A stretch of 63,952 nt of DNA, counting the filler, from Candidatus Woesearchaeota archaeon (lineage in GTDB: Archaea; Nanobdellota; Nanobdellia; Woesearchaeales; DATGWN01): the NCBI GenBank assembly GCA_047603125.1. It is 6 parts of 6 records of this genome, joined end to end, with 100 filler letters (N's around TTAATTAATTAA, not from the genome) between each part and the next. Parts side by side here need not be neighbours in the genome. Positions count along the whole stretch, not along the records: positions 50,033 to 61,337 come from JBLKOU010000034.1; positions 61,438 to 63,952 come from JBLKOU010000070.1; 4 more parts are not named here. One strand, written 5' to 3'. Both the position numbers and the translations under genes were made by a program. The notes beneath the pieces were generated by a model. That model did no database searches. It was not told the origin of the DNA and was given only the letters and a program-made list of their open reading frames with translations. Below are positions 61,219-63,952 of the stretch, in pieces; the stretch's first letter is position 1, and the number at the start of each line of letters is the position of its first letter.

Positions 61219-61337
61219 ACTGTGCGAAAATACTTCTCGTTTATTAAATTTCCCACATTATAGTCGACGTCAATAGTAACGCATATAAATAAGTAGTACT
61301 GTTAGTATTGTATGTTATCAATATCGGATAGAAAACT

Positions 61338-61437
61338 NNNNNNNNNNNNNNNNNNNNNNNNNNNNNNNNNNNNNNNNNNNNTTAATTAATTAANNNNNNN
61401 NNNNNNNNNNNNNNNNNNNNNNNNNNNNNNNNNNNNN
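61338..61437. other. Artificial contig spacer
   Basis: N run with TTAATTAATTAA core. Confidence 0.98.
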
Positions 61438-61511
61438 ACAAGATTAATAGGGTCAGATAATGTAAAAGTTTCGGGTCTGAACCTGTAAAACATATGTTTG
61501 ACAAGCATTGC

Positions 61512-61590
61512 AGCCGCATCCTAAAAAGTTCTCAAACCCTACCATGTAAAACATGATAGGGTTTTTTTGACACAAACGTTGCAATTATTG
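61512..61590 (+). repeat. About 78-bp imperfect direct repeat with internal hairpin, copy 1
   Basis: CTCAAACCCTACCATGTAAAACATGATAGGGTTTTTTTGACACAAAC; matches 63602-63679. Confidence 0.85.
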
Positions 61591-61719
61591 ATTTCAAGAT
61601 TACAGCGGTAAATTATTTGTGAACCTGCATGGGAGTTGATGGGGGAAGGTGTATCTTTTTTAGTGATTTTAGGATTTGAAAAAATGGTGGATTTGTTTTG
61701 AAGAATGTAGTAGAATTTT

Positions 61720-62049
61720 GTGGTGGGAAAATTTATTGATTTGAGCGAAGCGAAAGGAGTGATGCTTAAAATGCAAGATAAATATTTAGATATGATTTAT
61801 GAACAATATGATGACATTTTAATGATGTACAAAATGCATGAAAAACACCGCCCAATAATTGAATATTCTGTTCAGGAGGAAAAAATACACTCTTATCCGT
61901 ATGAAGAATATAGAAATAACTTATCACCGAGCTCACAAGGAGCCGTTAAAGAACAGTATGAGAATGCTCTTGGTAATGATGGATTTGTAGTATTTGTAAG
62001 AGATACTAAGAGAAAAAAGCTTCGTTCGTACACTTTAGATATTAACTAG
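61720..62049 (+). CDS. Hypothetical protein (bacterial-looking; start may be about 61771)
   Basis: ORF with an internal AAGGAG SD-like sequence. Confidence 0.65.
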   Translation: MVGKFIDLSEAKGVMLKMQDKYLDMIYEQYDDILMMYKMHEKHRPIIEYSVQEEKIHSYPYEEYRNNLSPSSQGAVKEQYENALGNDGFVVFVRDTKRKKLRSYTLDIN

Positions 62050-62121
62050 TGATGTTCTGAAAATTGGAAAGTATTGAAATAATGAAGAGCTGTTTGATGT
62101 GAAAATTAAAAAAATCTTAGG

Positions 62122-62658
62122 ATGCTCAATGGAGGGATAGAAGTGGCACAAAAAAGAAAGTCGATTAATGTACCAAAAGAAATGCAAGAACGTTTTGAAG
62201 AGGTAAGTAGAATAATTGTTGAATTTTGTGAAGAGAAATTAAATGAGGAATATAAAGAATTATGCTTGCAATTGTGTGCATCGCTTTGCAGAAAAAGACC
62301 GTCTCCTGTTGTTTCCGGAAAGGCAAATACATGGGCTTGTGGAATTGTACATGCTATTGGTATGGTGAATTTTCTTTTTGATTCAACGCAAAAGCCTCAT
62401 ATAAAATCAAGAGATTTGTATAAATGGTTTGGGATTGCTGAAAGTACCGGAAGCGGTAAATCAAAAAAGATTAGAGATTTATTTAAGATGGGAGTTTTTG
62501 ACAAGGATTGGACTCTTCAAAGTAAGATGGAAAAAAATCCATTTGCATGGATGATTCAGGTGAATGGACTTAATGTAGATGCAAGACAATGTCCTCCTGA
62601 AATACAGATGGAGGCATATAAAAGAGGGCTTATTCCGTATTTGCATTACAAAAACTAA
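62122..62658 (+). CDS. DUF6398-like protein
   Basis: [22 protein letters not shown]...NFLFD...[14 protein letters not shown] pattern. Confidence 0.7.
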   Translation: MLNGGIEVAQKRKSINVPKEMQERFEEVSRIIVEFCEEKLNEEYKELCLQLCASLCRKRPSPVVSGKANTWACGIVHAIGMVNFLFDSTQKPHIKSRDLYKWFGIAESTGSGKSKKIRDLFKMGVFDKDWTLQSKMEKNPFAWMIQVNGLNVDARQCPPEIQMEAYKRGLIPYLHYKN

Positions 62659-62674
62659 TAGAAGGGAAGGAAGA

Positions 62675-63565
62675 ATGAATTATATGGGCATAAAAGAATT
62701 GATTTCAAAAATTGAACGCAACAATGGAATATTTCCGCAAAAAGAAATTGAACAGTTAATAGAAAATAGAGATCATGTTATTCCTGAATTATTGGCTATG
62801 CTCGAAAATACAAGGGATAATATTGATGATGTAATAGAAGATGATACATATTTTGCACATATGTATGCAACTTATTTACTAGCACAGTTTAGGGAGTTTA
62901 GGGCTTATAAGATTATCTTTGAAATACTTTGTAATCCGGAAGATAAAGTGGAAAGTATTTATGGTGATTCTATAACAGGGGATATGGATAGAATTTTAGC
63001 GTCTGTTTCTTGCAATGATATCTCCTTAATAACAAAGCTTATTGAGGATGATTCCCTCAATGAATATGTCCGGGGAGCAGCTGTAAGCTCATTGCTAATA
63101 TTGGTAGCACAAAAAGAGAGAACTAGGGAAGAAATTATTTCTTATTTTCGTAGTTTGTTTGAAGGAAAATTGAAAAGAGAGTATTCTCAAGTTTGGAATT
63201 CTCTTGTTAGTTGTGCTAGTAGATTATACCCGGAAGAGCTTATGAGCGAGATTAAGAAGGTTTTTGAAGAAGGTTTGATTGATGAGTTTTATATAGGTTT
63301 TGAAAATATACAGAAACGATTAAAAATTGGTAAAGAAGTTGTTTTGAAAAAGCTGGAGAAGGAGAAAAGTTATACTTTTATCGAAGATACTATTTGTGAA
63401 CTGAAGAATTGGGCTTGCTTTGAAAGCGTTCATAAGGAAAGATTAGCGAAAAATAATTATGGAACAGAGAAATTTGTTCCAAATTCAGTCTATAAGCCCA
63501 AAATAGGAAGAAATGATCCGTGTCCTTGTAGGAGTGGGAAGAAATATAAAAAATGTTGTGGTTGA
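62675..63565 (+). CDS. DUF1186-like helical-repeat protein with SEC-C motif
   Basis: [10 protein letters not shown] and YVRGAA; C-terminal [18 protein letters not shown]. Confidence 0.85.
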   Translation: MNYMGIKELISKIERNNGIFPQKEIEQLIENRDHVIPELLAMLENTRDNIDDVIEDDTYFAHMYATYLLAQFREFRAYKIIFEILCNPEDKVESIYGDSITGDMDRILASVSCNDISLITKLIEDDSLNEYVRGAAVSSLLILVAQKERTREEIISYFRSLFEGKLKREYSQVWNSLVSCASRLYPEELMSEIKKVFEEGLIDEFYIGFENIQKRLKIGKEVVLKKLEKEKSYTFIEDTICELKNWACFESVHKERLAKNNYGTEKFVPNSVYKPKIGRNDPCPCRSGKKYKKCCG

Positions 63566-63601
63566 ATCAGAAATTTAAATCTTAAAACTACATATTTTAC
63601 A

Positions 63602-63679
63602 AGCCACATCCAAAAGGTGCTCAAACCCTGCCACGTGAAATATGGTAGGGGTTTTTTGACACAAACCTTGCATTTATTG
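63602..63679 (+). repeat. About 78-bp imperfect direct repeat, copy 2
   Basis: CTCAAACCCTGCCACGTGAAATATGGTAGGGGTTTTTTGACACAAAC. Confidence 0.85.
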
Positions 63680-63713
63680 GTGTAGGATTTTGGTTGCTAG
63701 AAAGAAGTTCTCT

Positions 63714-63929
63714 ATGAAATTTGGATTTAGAAAACCTAGCATCAAGAAAAGAATATCTGCAAGAACAAGTATAAAAAGACAGCTTACTCATAGAGCAGGA
63801 CTAAAGATGCCCAAAGGTTATGGCTGGCTTCGTAGTCCTAAAAAGTATGGTTACAATAAAGTTAGTTTAAATGGCTTAAGAGGTTGTTTAGGAGTTAGAT
63901 TTTTTGTCTGGAGAGGGTTGTTTAATTAG
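63714..63929 (+). CDS. Small basic hypothetical protein
   Basis: MKFGFRKPSIKKRISARTS...YNKV; from memory resembles small basic proteins of bacterial mobile regions. Confidence 0.6.
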   Translation: MKFGFRKPSIKKRISARTSIKRQLTHRAGLKMPKGYGWLRSPKKYGYNKVSLNGLRGCLGVRFFVWRGLFN

Positions 63930-63952
63930 AGTATTTGTTATAAAATTCCTGT

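Noticed and set aside
219..61276. Numerous 60-150 aa ORFs antisense to or nested in larger genes
   Set aside because: Shadow ORFs of well-supported genes with no recognisable motifs
12938..61437. Five TTAATTAATTAA motifs inside N runs as a biological repeat
   Set aside because: Identical 100-nt artificial spacers; ORFs running into them and cross-spacer neighbourhoods are artefacts

Overview
Concatenated draft/MAG window: six contigs joined by 100-nt N/TTAATTAATTAA/N spacers. The complete contigs fall in decreasing length order, so adjacency across spacers means nothing. Contigs 1-5 (1-61337) come from a compact AT-rich archaeon, most likely DPANN (Woesearchaeota-like). They carry rpl21e, rpo4, rpoL, srp54, sepF, rtcB, rad50, topA, rps2, a histone, RNase Z, Trm5, AMP phosphorylase, ribose-1,5-bisphosphate isomerase, tRNA-Gly, tRNA-Leu and a box C/D sRNA. 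The last contig (61438-63952) looks bacterial. Best leads: (i) a dispersed intergenic family of about 10 structured elements (full length 94-96 nt) whose outer stems differ in sequence but keep pairing around a short helix plus AAG bulge; (ii) an AAA+/VWA gene pair joined by an RF2-style SD-NNN-ACC-UGA-C putative +1 frameshift; (iii) an operon coupling a lipoyl-carrier H-protein, a CcdA-type transmembrane disulfide relay, a thioredoxin lipoprotein, a single-Cys flavoprotein and LipB, with a neighbouring LplA. Also notable are a double-NTase-HEPN protein facing three paralogous unknown genes, an exonuclease-intact/polymerase-degenerate PolB derivative, an archaeal small alarmone synthetase and a bacterial-type TGT. 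All calls come from motif reading; no searches were run.
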